Origin: an uncultured delta proteobacterium
Lineage (GTDB): Bacteria; Desulfobacterota; Binatia; UBA9968
NCBI GenBank assembly: GCA_963755715.1
Contig: CAVWLW010000036.1
Location: 1 to 64,000, forward strand
Direction of reading: 5' to 3'
DNA: 64,000 bases
The notes beneath the pieces were generated by a model. The model saw nothing but the letters and a program-made list of their open reading frames with translations, was not told the DNA's origin and did no database searches. The position numbers and the translations under genes were made by a program. Each line of letters begins with the position of its first letter. Positions within the stretch are counted from its first letter, which is position 1. Below are positions 28,862 to 39,127 of this stretch, in pieces.

Positions 28862-29420
28862 TGGCGCGAACAGCTCCGACTTGAACTCTACCGATTATCA
28901 CAAGCCGCACACCGTTGAAGATATAACCGATCAGAACGTTAAGACTATCATGCATCTGGAAGATGCGGCCAAGGCTAACCGAGACGTCACCGATCGGATG
29001 GCAGATATCATCGCTAGGTTTTGCGGCAGCTTTACGTTCGTATGGGTGCATCTCATTTGGTTCGGCGCATGGGTGATCGTCAACGATTTGCCGGGCGTCC
29101 CACATTTCGATCCCTTTCCGTTTACGTTTCTCACGTTGGTCGTATCCCTGGAAGCTATTTTTCTTTCTGCTTTCATTTTAATTAGTCAGAACCATGAAAC
29201 TCGACTCAGCGAGCGCCGAAATCAACTCGACTTACAGATTAACTTATTGACGGAACAGGAAAATACCAAAATGCTCAAGCTCCTGGAGCGCATTGCTCAC
29301 AAGGTCGGTGCGAGCACCGAGGATGATCCCCACGTTCAAGTGTTGGAACAAGCGACTCGGCCAGAAAAGCTAGTGGAGCAGATTGAAGAAGCCGCAAAGC
29401 AAACCGCTGCAAAGTCCTGA
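28848..29420 (+). CDS. DUF1003 membrane protein
   Basis: ADIIARFCGS and FDPFPFTFLTLVVSLEAIFLSAFILISQN. Confidence 0.92.
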   Translation: MSPINGANSSDLNSTDYHKPHTVEDITDQNVKTIMHLEDAAKANRDVTDRMADIIARFCGSFTFVWVHLIWFGAWVIVNDLPGVPHFDPFPFTFLTLVVSLEAIFLSAFILISQNHETRLSERRNQLDLQINLLTEQENTKMLKLLERIAHKVGASTEDDPHVQVLEQATRPEKLVEQIEEAAKQTAAKS

Positions 29421-29491
29421 CGCGCGAGGGTTGAAGATAGTGTCGTTATTGGTTGAGATTTTACTATGCTATGTGCTGGAGAGAGTCCGAA

Positions 29492-29662
29492 ATGGCAACC
29501 GAGTACCGGAGAAGAATGCGTGGTTATACGTGGCATTTCTGCTCGAACTGCTCTCAATGGCCAACCGATCATTACGTTACGTCACGAGACAAGCCTCGTA
29601 CGCACCGAATTTGTGTTGAGTGTGTGTCCAAGAAAAAGGCGGGCAAATGTGAAATGAGGTAG
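29492..29662 (+). CDS. 56-aa Cys-rich putative zinc-binding microprotein
   Basis: WHFCSNCSQWP...ICVEC; GGAGAG RBS. Confidence 0.55.
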   Translation: MATEYRRRMRGYTWHFCSNCSQWPTDHYVTSRDKPRTHRICVECVSKKKAGKCEMR

Positions 29663-29864
29663 AACTCCGCGCGAGGGATTTGGGAGCGAGTTTTCGAGTA
29701 TGAAACAGGGCTGATGAGAAGACCGTACTAGAAACGCTGCCGATGAGCGTCATTCGATGCAATCATAGTGCTCGATGTATAAGAGACGCGCTCACCGCCC
29801 AGACATTGCGTAAGTTTTCTTGCGCGCAAATAAATCTAGAAAGTTCTGAAGTCGTCACGACCCG

Positions 29865-30395
29865 TTAAAAAGCCCGACCCCAAGCCGCCCCGAGCCACCC
29901 TATTACCCAGACGATCGCCAAGATAATTCCGAACCCGATCAACACGACGGCGGAAATTATCCCTGCCACGAAGAGCCAGTCATCCAGGCCGGCGCGGCGT
30001 CTTTCGCTTCCGGCATAGCGCTCGAGCAGATCGGCGTTTTTGGCGTTACTCCGAAACCAAATGGAGAAAATGTCACCGAGGATGGGAATGGCGCCGATGA
30101 GTGCATTTGCAGCAACATTCAGACCCATGCGAATCAGTACGATTTTGGGAACATTCAGTTGAACCGCGATAATGAGAATTGCCGATCCCGCGATATTCGC
30201 GAGGGCATCGCCGATCCCGGGGATCAATCCCAAGATGGGATCCAGTCCCACGCGTATGGATGTTCCCGGGATCGTGAACCGCTGGTCCAGCAGGTCGGCG
30301 AGGAACCTGACAAAAAGAAGGCGGTTCACATCGGCAGATCGCGGCCGTGATCTCGCCGTCCGCGCGCTGCCCATTGTTTGAGATCGCATGCTCAT
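29865..30395 (-). CDS. DUF4112 membrane protein
   Basis: LLDQRFTIPGT.IRVGLDPILGLIPGIGD and GAIPILGDIF...FRSNAKN. Confidence 0.9.
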   Translation of the reverse strand: MSMRSQTMGSARTARSRPRSADVNRLLFVRFLADLLDQRFTIPGTSIRVGLDPILGLIPGIGDALANIAGSAILIIAVQLNVPKIVLIRMGLNVAANALIGAIPILGDIFSIWFRSNAKNADLLERYAGSERRRAGLDDWLFVAGIISAVVLIGFGIILAIVWVIGWLGAAWGRAF

Positions 30396-30683
30396 TTTTA
30401 AATGTTTCCCGCCGCACGCTGTGCATGCGACCCGAAAGATCCGAGATTCCTCGATTACAATTTAGCATGGGAAAAAGGATAATAAAGAGTAGCGAAATCT
30501 TGACTTCCAGTCGGTTCCACATTTCAGCCAAACGATAACCGCAAGCAACATGCGCGGCACTCCGATGTGGCCTGCTGATGTGGAATAGGTGGTAGAAAGC
30601 ACGACGAAGAGGGTGCTCGCGAAGCTGTCTAACACAGGCTTTAAAAAAAGAAATAGCAGCTTTCCGACGAGTCAGGTACTGCG

Positions 30684-31067
30684 TCAAGAGTGGGATTCGT
30701 TCGGCGGAGATAGATGGCGGCGCATCGCCTCGCCAAGAGCTTTAAAAGTGAACGGCTTAAACAATGTTTCGGCGGCGCCAGCGGCAATCGCACTCTCCAC
30801 CGATTGGCTGCCCCTTGAAAGAGCCGTAAGAACGATTATCGGTATCTCTCGCGTGGATGGATCTGCTTTGAGACGCGCGGTTACTTCATGCCCCGGCATC
30901 TCAGGCAAAACTAGATCCATGAGTATCAGATCAGGATGGACGGCACGGGCTTGGTCTAAGGCTTCAATCCCGGTTGCCGCTTCAAACACCTCGTAGCCCA
31001 AACTTTTCACATACAGGACGACTATTTCTCGGCCATCGGGATTGTCTTCCACGATCAGTATCTTCAT
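30684..31067 (-). CDS. Single-domain response regulator (DivK/CheY-like)
   Basis: ILIVEDN, PDLILMD, IPIIVLTA and KPF. Confidence 0.88.
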   Translation of the reverse strand: MKILIVEDNPDGREIVVLYVKSLGYEVFEAATGIEALDQARAVHPDLILMDLVLPEMPGHEVTARLKADPSTREIPIIVLTALSRGSQSVESAIAAGAAETLFKPFTFKALGEAMRRHLSPPNESHS

Positions 31068-31723
31068 CGGCGAAATCCCATATTTCGTTGCAGCAGAGAG
31101 ACAGCAATTTCACCGTTCTTCCCATAGCGGATTTTTTACTCTCAACGAACCAACATGCAAGATTTGAGCTCAAGAGCATATCCTAAGTAGAGCATCGAAA
31201 GCGCCTAGTGTTTCAGTTAGAGCCATCATCTGTCTCACTTTTGCCGAGCTAACGACTTACGTGGCGATGTGCCGTTTTGTCCCACTTTCACATCTAATAA
31301 ATTCAGCAATTTACGAGAAGACAAAATATAGTTCCACGACGCTTGCCCTTTGGGTTCTCATTCGGCATGCCGGCCCCGCCCATTTCTTCCGATTAAATAC
31401 CGGGCGCCGGCAACGCAAGCGCATGTGTTGTGCTGTGAGCGTAAGTCGGGCCAGGTAATTTTCCTCTTGTCGGTAAAAGCCGATCACCGACCGGTAGGGA
31501 ATAATCAGGTCGCTGCGATCTTCGCAGTTATGCTTGGAGGACATGACGCGCTCGAAGAACTCTCTGCTCGTCGATTTTGCCGCGAAACAATGCGGCCAAC
31601 GATTCGGCGCGTCTTTGGCCACTTTTACGGGGTGGTTCCTTCGATGGCGGTGGCTCTTTTTTCTCCGCTGGAGTTGCCCTATTTTTGCCTCCATCATGTG
31701 CGCCGTTTCCATAATGAATCGCT

Positions 31724-32092
31724 TTATGACCTGTGTAATAGCATAGCTCGAACCGCCAGCTTGAGTTTCGGAATATCCAATGGTTTTCCAAAGTAGTCCG
31801 TCGCGCCGTATTTAATGCAACGCTTTTGTGTTTCAGGGGTGAGGAACCCCGTCATCATGATCACCTGAGTTGAAGGAGATCGCTTTTTGACTTCAGCCAG
31901 AAGCGCAATACCATCGACCGGATACATTCTAATATCCAAGATAGCGACGCGAACATCCCGCTGATCGACGAAATCTAAGGCTTCATACGCATTGGTTGTT
32001 GTCTTGACGTGATAGCCTTCCTTGGAAAGGATTTCATATAAAAGTAAAAGCAAGTTTTCTTCGTCATCGACGACGAGAACAAACGATTCCAT
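31724..32092 (-). CDS. Single-domain response regulator
   Basis: VLVVDDE, ILDIRM, IMMTG and KPLD. Confidence 0.88.
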   Translation of the reverse strand: MESFVLVVDDEENLLLLLYEILSKEGYHVKTTTNAYEALDFVDQRDVRVAILDIRMYPVDGIALLAEVKKRSPSTQVIMMTGFLTPETQKRCIKYGATDYFGKPLDIPKLKLAVRAMLLHRS

Positions 32093-32176
32093 ATGTCTTC
32101 GACTTCCATACAGTTTGTGGGCTGAGCCTTACGTTATGCCGCCCATTTTGCCCGGAACGCTCACGAGAAGTATCTA

Positions 32177-32193
32177 CGCAATTCGGATGCCCA
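32177..32193 (-). promoter_or_regulatory. sigma54 -24/-12 promoter motif
   Basis: Minus strand TGGGCATCCGAATTGCG, ~85 bp upstream of the REC gene. Confidence 0.55.
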
Positions 32194-32402
32194 AGTGACA
32201 TTTGCCGTGATTGCCAACTCCGGGCGCGATACATTTGGTCTTCCCGCACCGCGCTAGGCGCTGCAATAATCAAGAATTGGAGCTCTGGGTAAAATCACCC
32301 GCATATCTCCTTCTTTAAAATTTCCGACCCGTAGCAATTTAAGTACGGATTTAGGTGTGATAGCTCAGTAATACAACCAGACCGTAAGGAGAGACCACGG
32401 TT

Positions 32403-32951
32403 ATGCCGCACATAAGCCCGGTTTCGCAGGACGAAGCTTCTCAAGAGACCAAGGATGTATACGCCGATTTCGCGCGAAGAATGCTTTTTGCCCTACCTCC
32501 TAATTTTATAAAGACGCAAGGTCATTCCGCGACAGTAGCGCGGGCCACTTGGGATCTTGTGCGAGGTGTGCTTGTAAGCGGACAGATTCCGCGTTGGATC
32601 AAGGAAATGATGTTCGTCGCGATCTCAAAGGAACGCAATTGTCACTACTGCGTGGCGGCGCATCTTGCTTGTTGCCGGATGCTGGGAGTCCATCCTGACC
32701 ATTTGGACGCTCTTGTTCGAGATATACGATCAAGTAAAGATCTAAAGTTACGAGACATGATTCTCTTCGCGGTTAAGTGCGCCACGGACCCCCAAAGTCT
32801 TACGGGAGCCGATTATAAGCAGCTCCGTGATCATGGGCTAAAAGAATCGGAGATCGTGGAGGTCGTGGCAATGTCGGCCTTAGCTGTCTATGCGAACATT
32901 ATTGCGGATGCCACTACGATGGAACCCGATCCTATCTTCGACAAGGTGTAA
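32403..32951 (+). CDS. AhpD/carboxymuconolactone decarboxylase-family peroxidase-like protein
   Basis: KEMMFVAISKERNCHYCVAAH; AAGGAG RBS. Confidence 0.85.
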   Translation: MPHISPVSQDEASQETKDVYADFARRMLFALPPNFIKTQGHSATVARATWDLVRGVLVSGQIPRWIKEMMFVAISKERNCHYCVAAHLACCRMLGVHPDHLDALVRDIRSSKDLKLRDMILFAVKCATDPQSLTGADYKQLRDHGLKESEIVEVVAMSALAVYANIIADATTMEPDPIFDKV

Positions 32952-33423
32952 TAACTGAATATACGCGACGCTTTGCCTTCGTTTAAGCCGTTTTCGTGCT
33001 GATTCGGACACGTCTTGCACCGGTATCGGACGGCTCCCAGAGCCACTGACACCCTCTCGAAAGATTCGCCTTCTTGCGACTAGAGCGCTGTTTTTTGCGG
33101 CTGGCGTCGCTTGGAGCGCTTCTCGCGACCGCCTTGGACAAAGTCGATGGCGATTTTTGGAAAGGGGCGTCGATAACGATGCCCCACTGTGCCATCCTAT
33201 TAGTATGAATAAAATAAAAGGATAAAGAAGACAGCTGCTAAACGCAGAGAAAAGAGCACGGAATGGACACTAGGCCAGCCGCTGGTTTTTCCCATAAAAA
33301 AGAAGAAGCCGCTACCGGCTCAGTTTAACCGGCAAGTATTGAACCGTACCTTCCAGGTATAGAACAGAAGAATGGCGGGCAAGGGAGAGACGAACTAAAC
33401 CGACAAACCGGATCGTTCCTTGT

Positions 33424-33795
33424 CTAAAGGCCCTGCATCGAACTGGATGGCCCGATCAAGCGTTGAATGATCGCAATTAGCGCCGCTGCATCAAGGGGCT
33501 TCGGTATAAATTCTACCGACCCGTTCATCATGGTCTTTGCTGCATCTTGGGACAGGTAACCGGACGTGAGAATTATCGGCATATTGGGCCATTTGGCACG
33601 AATGCGGGCAACCAGCGCATACCCGTTTAGCTTCGGCATCAATATATCCGAAACGACTAAATCGCAGGGTAGATCCTCAAGCAAAGATAGCGCTTCAAGT
33701 CCGTCGGCTGCTTCCAGGACTGCGTAACCGGCGTGTCTGAGGATTCTAGCGAAAACTTCCCGAGCCCTCTCTTCGTCTTCTACGAGGAGAATCAT
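33424..33795 (-). CDS. Single-domain response regulator
   Basis: LLVEDE, VVSDILMPKLNG, ILTSGY and FIPKP. Confidence 0.88.
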   Translation of the reverse strand: MILLVEDEERAREVFARILRHAGYAVLEAADGLEALSLLEDLPCDLVVSDILMPKLNGYALVARIRAKWPNMPIILTSGYLSQDAAKTMMNGSVEFIPKPLDAAALIAIIQRLIGPSSSMQGL

Positions 33796-33945
33796 AAATG
33801 CCCCACATTATATAGAACTTCCGAATGGGAATACAAGCTATATCATGTGGTTAAACACGGTCTTGCGACTCGATGCAGTAATTTTTACACTGTAGATAGT
33901 GCGCGAAGCCAAAGGACACGTTTCGAATTACAGCAGAGAACACAA

Positions 33946-34176
33946 ATGGATCGGCTAGACAACGAAGAGATCGGCATCATCTGGGCGCGGCACTATCCTA
34001 AGCGCGCCGAGAACGGGTCGTCAAAGTCGCTCTGCTTGTCACTCGCTATGGTAATTCGGCTCCGGGCCAGGTCGATGACTCAGCAGAGCGATTGGTCCGA
34101 TAAACTAGAGCATATCCTTGCCGATGCTCGAATTCCCAAAGAACAGTTTGCTACGATCGAAAACGAGTCAACGTGA
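33946..34176 (+). CDS. Hypothetical 76-aa protein
   Basis: Plausible helical ORF with a weak RBS; no recognised motif. Confidence 0.4.
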   Translation: MDRLDNEEIGIIWARHYPKRAENGSSKSLCLSLAMVIRLRARSMTQQSDWSDKLEHILADARIPKEQFATIENEST

Positions 34177-34333
34177 ATTCAGTCAGGCTGGAATCAGCCA
34201 ACCAAACGCGGGTGGCTTCTGCTCCACAAGTGATCGTACAGCACCGGTGTTGACCGCGCCTCTTCCTCGTCGGAGTTAAAAAGTGCAGCGCCGAAATCAA
34301 CTCTCGCAGTGGGAGGGCCGGTTTGAACGAAAT

Positions 34334-35425
34334 CTAGACAACGACTCCGTTCGCCTTGAGCGCGGCCTGGTAGCGTTGAGAGATTTCCGGGTCTTCGTTT
34401 TCGTAGGGAATCATCCAGCCGCCTTCATCGACGCTGCGAAACACGTCGTCGTCGGTCTTCTGGTGCGAGACTTTGAACCCGAGTGGATGAATCCGGCTGC
34501 CGTAGCGCACCGCCAAGTGGCGCGCCGGCTCTTTGCCGGTATTGAAATGTTGGTGAAACCAGTCGCCGGGCGGGCAATAAATGCTCCCTTCACCCCATTT
34601 GATGTCGATTACTTGATCTTCGTGGCCGTCGGTATAGGGGTGCATGCCCCACTGTTTGTGCCACAACAGAACGTAACCGATCGATTGCGTGCCGACGATG
34701 ATTGCGCCGGGGCCATGATAGTGCGCCTTGTGATATTTGCCCACCGGCCACTCGCCGAGATGGCCGACTAAAGCGTTGCCCGACATCTCGAACTGCGCCA
34801 GGCGCAAGCCGGCGCCTTTGACTTCGAGGCTTTCAAGCATCGCCGATTTGATATCGGGAATGAAATTAGTTTCCCAGATATTGATCATGCCGCTCACGTA
34901 GCGCTTTTTGCCGACTTCGAAATAATCATCTTCGCCGTAGTAGCGATCCTTAAAACTGTATGGACAATTGAAAATAAAATCCTCGTCGCGATAAATATCG
35001 AAGGCGAGCGGCGCGTTGGTCACGGCGAGAAAACGCACCGGTTCACGCGAGCCGTTGAGCAAGCGATGCGTCGTGTTCAGCGGCGGCGCAAACAAGCTCC
35101 ATTTGTTCCATTCGAACATTTTCTTGTTGCCATGATCATCCCACAACTCCGTCGCGCCTTGGCCGTTGAGAATACAAATGACTTCCTCATATAAATGTCG
35201 CTCCGGTTTGAGCGCGTCGCCGGGCGCAATCTCACCGATATAGCTCCCGGTGATGCCTTGCATGCCGTGCAACTGCACAAACGCCGCCTGGCCGCCCAGG
35301 CGCGCATACGGCGCCACTTCAAGCGCGCGCAGATCGGCCATGCCGTGGCCCGAGTGAATGGGCAACCCCTGGCTTTTCATCCAACGCACGTAACCGGTTT
35401 TTTGATTGAGCGGCGCAATGTCCAT
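34334..35425 (-). CDS. Bicupin protein (gentisate-dioxygenase-like cupin fold)
   Basis: PERHLYEE, HKAHYHGPG and PPGDWFHQHFN cupin motifs; GAGGAG RBS. Confidence 0.8.
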   Translation of the reverse strand: MDIAPLNQKTGYVRWMKSQGLPIHSGHGMADLRALEVAPYARLGGQAAFVQLHGMQGITGSYIGEIAPGDALKPERHLYEEVICILNGQGATELWDDHGNKKMFEWNKWSLFAPPLNTTHRLLNGSREPVRFLAVTNAPLAFDIYRDEDFIFNCPYSFKDRYYGEDDYFEVGKKRYVSGMINIWETNFIPDIKSAMLESLEVKGAGLRLAQFEMSGNALVGHLGEWPVGKYHKAHYHGPGAIIVGTQSIGYVLLWHKQWGMHPYTDGHEDQVIDIKWGEGSIYCPPGDWFHQHFNTGKEPARHLAVRYGSRIHPLGFKVSHQKTDDDVFRSVDEGGWMIPYENEDPEISQRYQAALKANGVVV

Positions 35426-35550
35426 AATTTTCTCCTCTAATACGCTGCCACTATCTATCTCCGAATTCGGTGCAATCTCAAGGCTGGTACGTGGTCAAGC
35501 ATAGCAGTCGTACGAATTGCGACTCACGATATTATTCCGAGGCCACAAGC

Positions 35551-36627
35551 CTAGGAATTCGCCTCTCTTGACTGATCTGGCTTGTACCAGAACTCCGGGT
35601 TGCTCTTGAAAATATTCTTGGGAATCCTCGCGTAGACCAGGTTGACGATATCCACCGCCTCGCCGATACCAAGATCGACGGCCAGGCTCGATAACGCGTA
35701 GGCGTCGGCCGCGCTCATGCCTTTTTCGCTTTGCAAAAAATCGATCGCTTCCTGGAGCGCAATCCGCGTCGCTTCGTTCAAGTCCGTGCTCAAGCCGGTG
35801 GTGAGATAATCCGTCGCGGTTTCGACCCGCGGCTGCTTGAGCGTCTTTTTCTTGTGCACGATAAATTGCAGCGTCGGCTTGAGCGAGATCTCGATCGCGC
35901 CGCCGTCGACCTCGCCGTCGCCTTGCACGGCGTGGCCGTCGCCGGTAAAAAATTGACCGCCCTTGTTAAAAACCGGCAAAAACAGCGACGAGCCGATGCC
36001 GGTGAACTTGAGATCGATGTTGCCGCCCCAGGCGCCCGGCGGCGTGGACGACACCATGCCCAAGCTCGTCGGCGGCGACACCGCCATGATACCCATGAAA
36101 GGATTGAGAGGGATTTGGATATCATCCGAAAACAGCGCGATGCGGCGTTCCAAATCGAGGCGAATCAGCTTGGCCGACGGCTCTTGGAGCAACTTTGGCA
36201 ACACACCTTTGCCGGGGCCGGTATTGTTCACGCCGTAAGGCACGCGGAACTTGATGTCGAGCACGCGCACTTCGAGCGTGTCGCCCGGCTCCGCCTCTTC
36301 GACGTAAATCGGTCCGGTGAGGATATGCACGCTGGCACCTTTGGGACGTTTCACCTCCGCATAGACGGATTTGGCATCGGCGAGCACTTCATGATTTGGG
36401 ATTCCGTAAGCACCGAAGAACTTCTCTGGATCTTTGTTGGTCGTCAGTCCTTGGTGCGACAGCGCTTCGATCTCGACAACCTGACCGGACTTGATCGTCA
36501 GCGCGGGCGCCAGGTTGGCGGCGATATAACCCCAGAGAACCGTGTCTGAAGTTGAGTGGAGTGTCGCGTCCGGCGCGATCGGTGGATTGACCGGCCGGCG
36601 ACGTGAATCCGAGAAAATTTCGTTCAT
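35551..36627 (-). CDS. Acetamidase/formamidase family protein
   Basis: HILTGPIYVEEAEPGD, PFMG, GGNID and GDGHAVQGDGEV..AIE. Confidence 0.92.
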   Translation of the reverse strand: MNEIFSDSRRRPVNPPIAPDATLHSTSDTVLWGYIAANLAPALTIKSGQVVEIEALSHQGLTTNKDPEKFFGAYGIPNHEVLADAKSVYAEVKRPKGASVHILTGPIYVEEAEPGDTLEVRVLDIKFRVPYGVNNTGPGKGVLPKLLQEPSAKLIRLDLERRIALFSDDIQIPLNPFMGIMAVSPPTSLGMVSSTPPGAWGGNIDLKFTGIGSSLFLPVFNKGGQFFTGDGHAVQGDGEVDGGAIEISLKPTLQFIVHKKKTLKQPRVETATDYLTTGLSTDLNEATRIALQEAIDFLQSEKGMSAADAYALSSLAVDLGIGEAVDIVNLVYARIPKNIFKSNPEFWYKPDQSREANS

Positions 36628-36683
36628 GGTCGAGATCCTTTCAGGGCAGCGAACAACAAATCGCCATCCATCGCGGTCAAAAC

Positions 36684-36720
36684 AAAGGGCAGTGAAGACG
36701 TTGATGCTCCACTGCCCTTT
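36684..36720 (-). terminator. Intrinsic terminator-like hairpin after the SDR gene
   Basis: AAAGGGCAGTG...CACTGCCCTTT 11-bp stem, T-rich tail on the minus strand. Confidence 0.6.
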
Positions 36721-36743
36721 ACCCTTAAACCTAAAAGACGCGG

Positions 36744-37490
36744 CTAATCGCGGATTGCCAGCGCGCCGCCGTCTACCGGCAGGTCGACGGCATAAATGAA
36801 ATCCGATTCATCGCAGGCGAGAAAGACCGCCGCTTTGGCGATATCCATCGGCACGCCACGCCGGCCCGCCAGGTTTTTAACGAAGCGGTTTTCCGGAATA
36901 TCCTGTTGGCCGACGGGCGAACCGATGCGATTCGGTGAGATCGAATTCACGCGGATTCCCTCGGGCGCCAGCTGTACGGCGATAGAACGCGTGAGATTCA
37001 GGACCCCGGCTTTTGCGGTTGTATAAGCCGTCGCCTCTTTGCGGCCCCAGTGACCCGATGTCGAAGCGATGTTGATGATCTTGCCTTTGCGCTTTTGCTC
37101 GATCATCGCTTTGGCCGCGGCGCGGGTACAGTACCAAACGCTTCTGAGACAGACGTTCATGACCCGATCCCATTCTTCTTCGCTGATATCGAAGAGCGTC
37201 TTGTGATCGGTCCATGCCGCATTGTTGACTAAGATATCGACGCCGCCGAATTGCTTGACCACGGTCTGCACCATGCTGTCGACCGACGCAGGCGAGGCAA
37301 CGTCGCAGACGACCGAGATCGCCTTGCCCGGGCTTTTGGCGTTGATCGCTGCCGCGACGGCGCTTCCGCGCCCCGGGTCCAAGTCCACGATGGCGACTTT
37401 TGCGCCTTCTTCGACAAACAATTTACTGATGTCTTCGCCGATGTTGCGCCCGGCGCCGGTCACGATGGCGATTTGATCCTTCAATCTCAT
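36744..37490 (-). CDS. Short-chain dehydrogenase/reductase (SDR)
   Basis: TGAGRNIG, LVNNAA, YTTAK and VDGG. Confidence 0.92.
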   Translation of the reverse strand: MRLKDQIAIVTGAGRNIGEDISKLFVEEGAKVAIVDLDPGRGSAVAAAINAKSPGKAISVVCDVASPASVDSMVQTVVKQFGGVDILVNNAAWTDHKTLFDISEEEWDRVMNVCLRSVWYCTRAAAKAMIEQKRKGKIINIASTSGHWGRKEATAYTTAKAGVLNLTRSIAVQLAPEGIRVNSISPNRIGSPVGQQDIPENRFVKNLAGRRGVPMDIAKAAVFLACDESDFIYAVDLPVDGGALAIRD

Positions 37491-37713
37491 GAAATCCTCC
37501 GGTTGAATTGCTTTTCCCGGTGCATAGCAGATGCATCTGGAAAGTTCCAGACGCTAAAATCAAAGCGTCGCAAAGCAGAAATGTCGAGCCCATTCGAACC
37601 TGAAAAGGTGGAAGCAATAGTCAAAAGGAGCGAGGTAAACCGAAAATCGTCAATGCAGCGAAATCTAGTGTCCTGTCTCTGAAGTTAGCTAAACAAGTCG
37701 TTCACGTCTTAGC

Positions 37714-37802
37714 CGTCATACCGGCGGACGCCGGTATCCAGATGCTTTGAAAATCCTGGATTCCGGGTCGCGCTGGCCTTCGCCAGCTTGCCCGGAATGA
37801 CG
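37714..37802. repeat. REP-like palindromic element (CGTCAT...ATGACG family)
   Basis: CGTCATACCGGCGGACGCCGGTATCCAG...CTGGATTCCGGG...CCCGGAATGACG. Confidence 0.7.
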
Positions 37803-37821
37803 ATCGAATCGCCGGCTAAGA

Positions 37822-38850
37822 CTAAAGGCTGACCTTTTCGGTGTAGAGATCTTTCAAAAACTGGCTATTCTTGAGCTCATCGAAGAAGCGCGGCTCGCTG
37901 ATATCCGCCGGTTTTAAGTTTTTGGTGCGCTGGTCGGCGGCCGCGCCGACATCGACGAGCGCCTGAAGCGCTTCGCTGTTTAACTCCGGCAGCGGTCGAA
38001 GCTGCGCCGAAAAAGCATCGTACATGGCATCGACGCTGATGGCTTGATTGCCGGGGAAATATTTCTTGAGGATAGACAAGCTTTCTTCTCGCTTAGAAAC
38101 GAAATATTGGATTGCCGCCGCGTAACCCTGCATGAAGCGGCGCACCGTGACCTCGTCTTTTTTGATGAAAGAACGAGTGGTCATTAACAGATCCGTCACT
38201 ACCGGCACCGGCTTCATCTCAATAATCTTGATGCCGAGCTTCTGCGCCTCCGCCGCAACTTCTTGATTCAGAGGCACACCTTGAACGAGATTCTTTGACA
38301 GAGCGAGCGCTCGGGCCGGAGCCAGGCCCGCGGCGACCATTTCAACATCCTTGGATGGGTCCAGACCGGCGCGCCGCAGCATGACCCGCGCGATCAAATC
38401 CGATCTCGCCCCGAGCGCCGACACACCGACCTTTTTCCCCTTCAAGTCCTTCAGAGCGCTGATCGCCGTCCCGACGCCCATGCCGTATTGATCGAAACTG
38501 ACGTGAGAACCGATGACCGTGATATCGGAGCCGCTGGCGAGCGGTTGCAAAAGGGCCAAGGGGTTGCCGAAGCCAATTAACAGATCGACGCCGATCAGCG
38601 ATTGCACGCCGGCACTGAGAGTATCGCGGATCGGCAGCTCTTCGATTTCAAGCCCGTGTTTTTTAAAAAGCCCGGAGTCGACGCCGATATAGGCGACGGC
38701 GGTGCCGACTTCCCAACCGGCGTAGGCGAGACGCAACTTCTTGAGGCTCTCCGCCGCGCCGGCGGGACCGACGACGTTCATGACTAAAATCAACGCGGCG
38801 CACAGCGCAGTAAGAAATCTTTGGCGAGTTAAAAGTTGCAATTTGATCAT
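37822..38850 (-). CDS. ABC substrate-binding protein, NMT1/SsuA family
   Basis: Signal peptide; GLFKKHGLE and DLKGKKVGVS. Confidence 0.85.
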   Translation of the reverse strand: MIKLQLLTRQRFLTALCAALILVMNVVGPAGAAESLKKLRLAYAGWEVGTAVAYIGVDSGLFKKHGLEIEELPIRDTLSAGVQSLIGVDLLIGFGNPLALLQPLASGSDITVIGSHVSFDQYGMGVGTAISALKDLKGKKVGVSALGARSDLIARVMLRRAGLDPSKDVEMVAAGLAPARALALSKNLVQGVPLNQEVAAEAQKLGIKIIEMKPVPVVTDLLMTTRSFIKKDEVTVRRFMQGYAAAIQYFVSKREESLSILKKYFPGNQAISVDAMYDAFSAQLRPLPELNSEALQALVDVGAAADQRTKNLKPADISEPRFFDELKNSQFLKDLYTEKVSL

Positions 38851-39127
38851 GGTCAAATCATAGCCCACAATCGTGGGTCCGCCAAGGGCCGAAGTTAAGA
38901 CCGTGCAGCGGCCCCAACACCGCTCCCGGATCGACTTTGCCGTCAGCCGCTTGATTCGTGGCAACCGGACTTGGACGTTTTGGAGCGATATGGAAAGCCG
39001 TTAGTATTCCCGTCCGGGAATCTGCACGTAATTTAAATGATACCGGTGTGGTTTCTTGCAGATTCCACGTCGACAGGTTAGCGTTAAAGACGCAAAATTT
39101 CATTACCGAGGTACATCATTTAAATTC

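Noticed and set aside
29711-29735. Hammerhead-like CTGATGA...GAAAC
   Set aside because: The intervening bases cannot form stem II with the closing G-C pair, and no convincing stems I or III were found.
29774-29787. Similarity to the Tn5/Nextera mosaic end (GATGTATAAGAGAC)
   Set aside because: Only a partial, gapped match to the 19-bp end; probably chance.
31311-31712. 133-aa ORF downstream of the REC gene
   Set aside because: No recognisable motif or clear RBS, and several overlapping ORFs of similar length; coding status unsupported.
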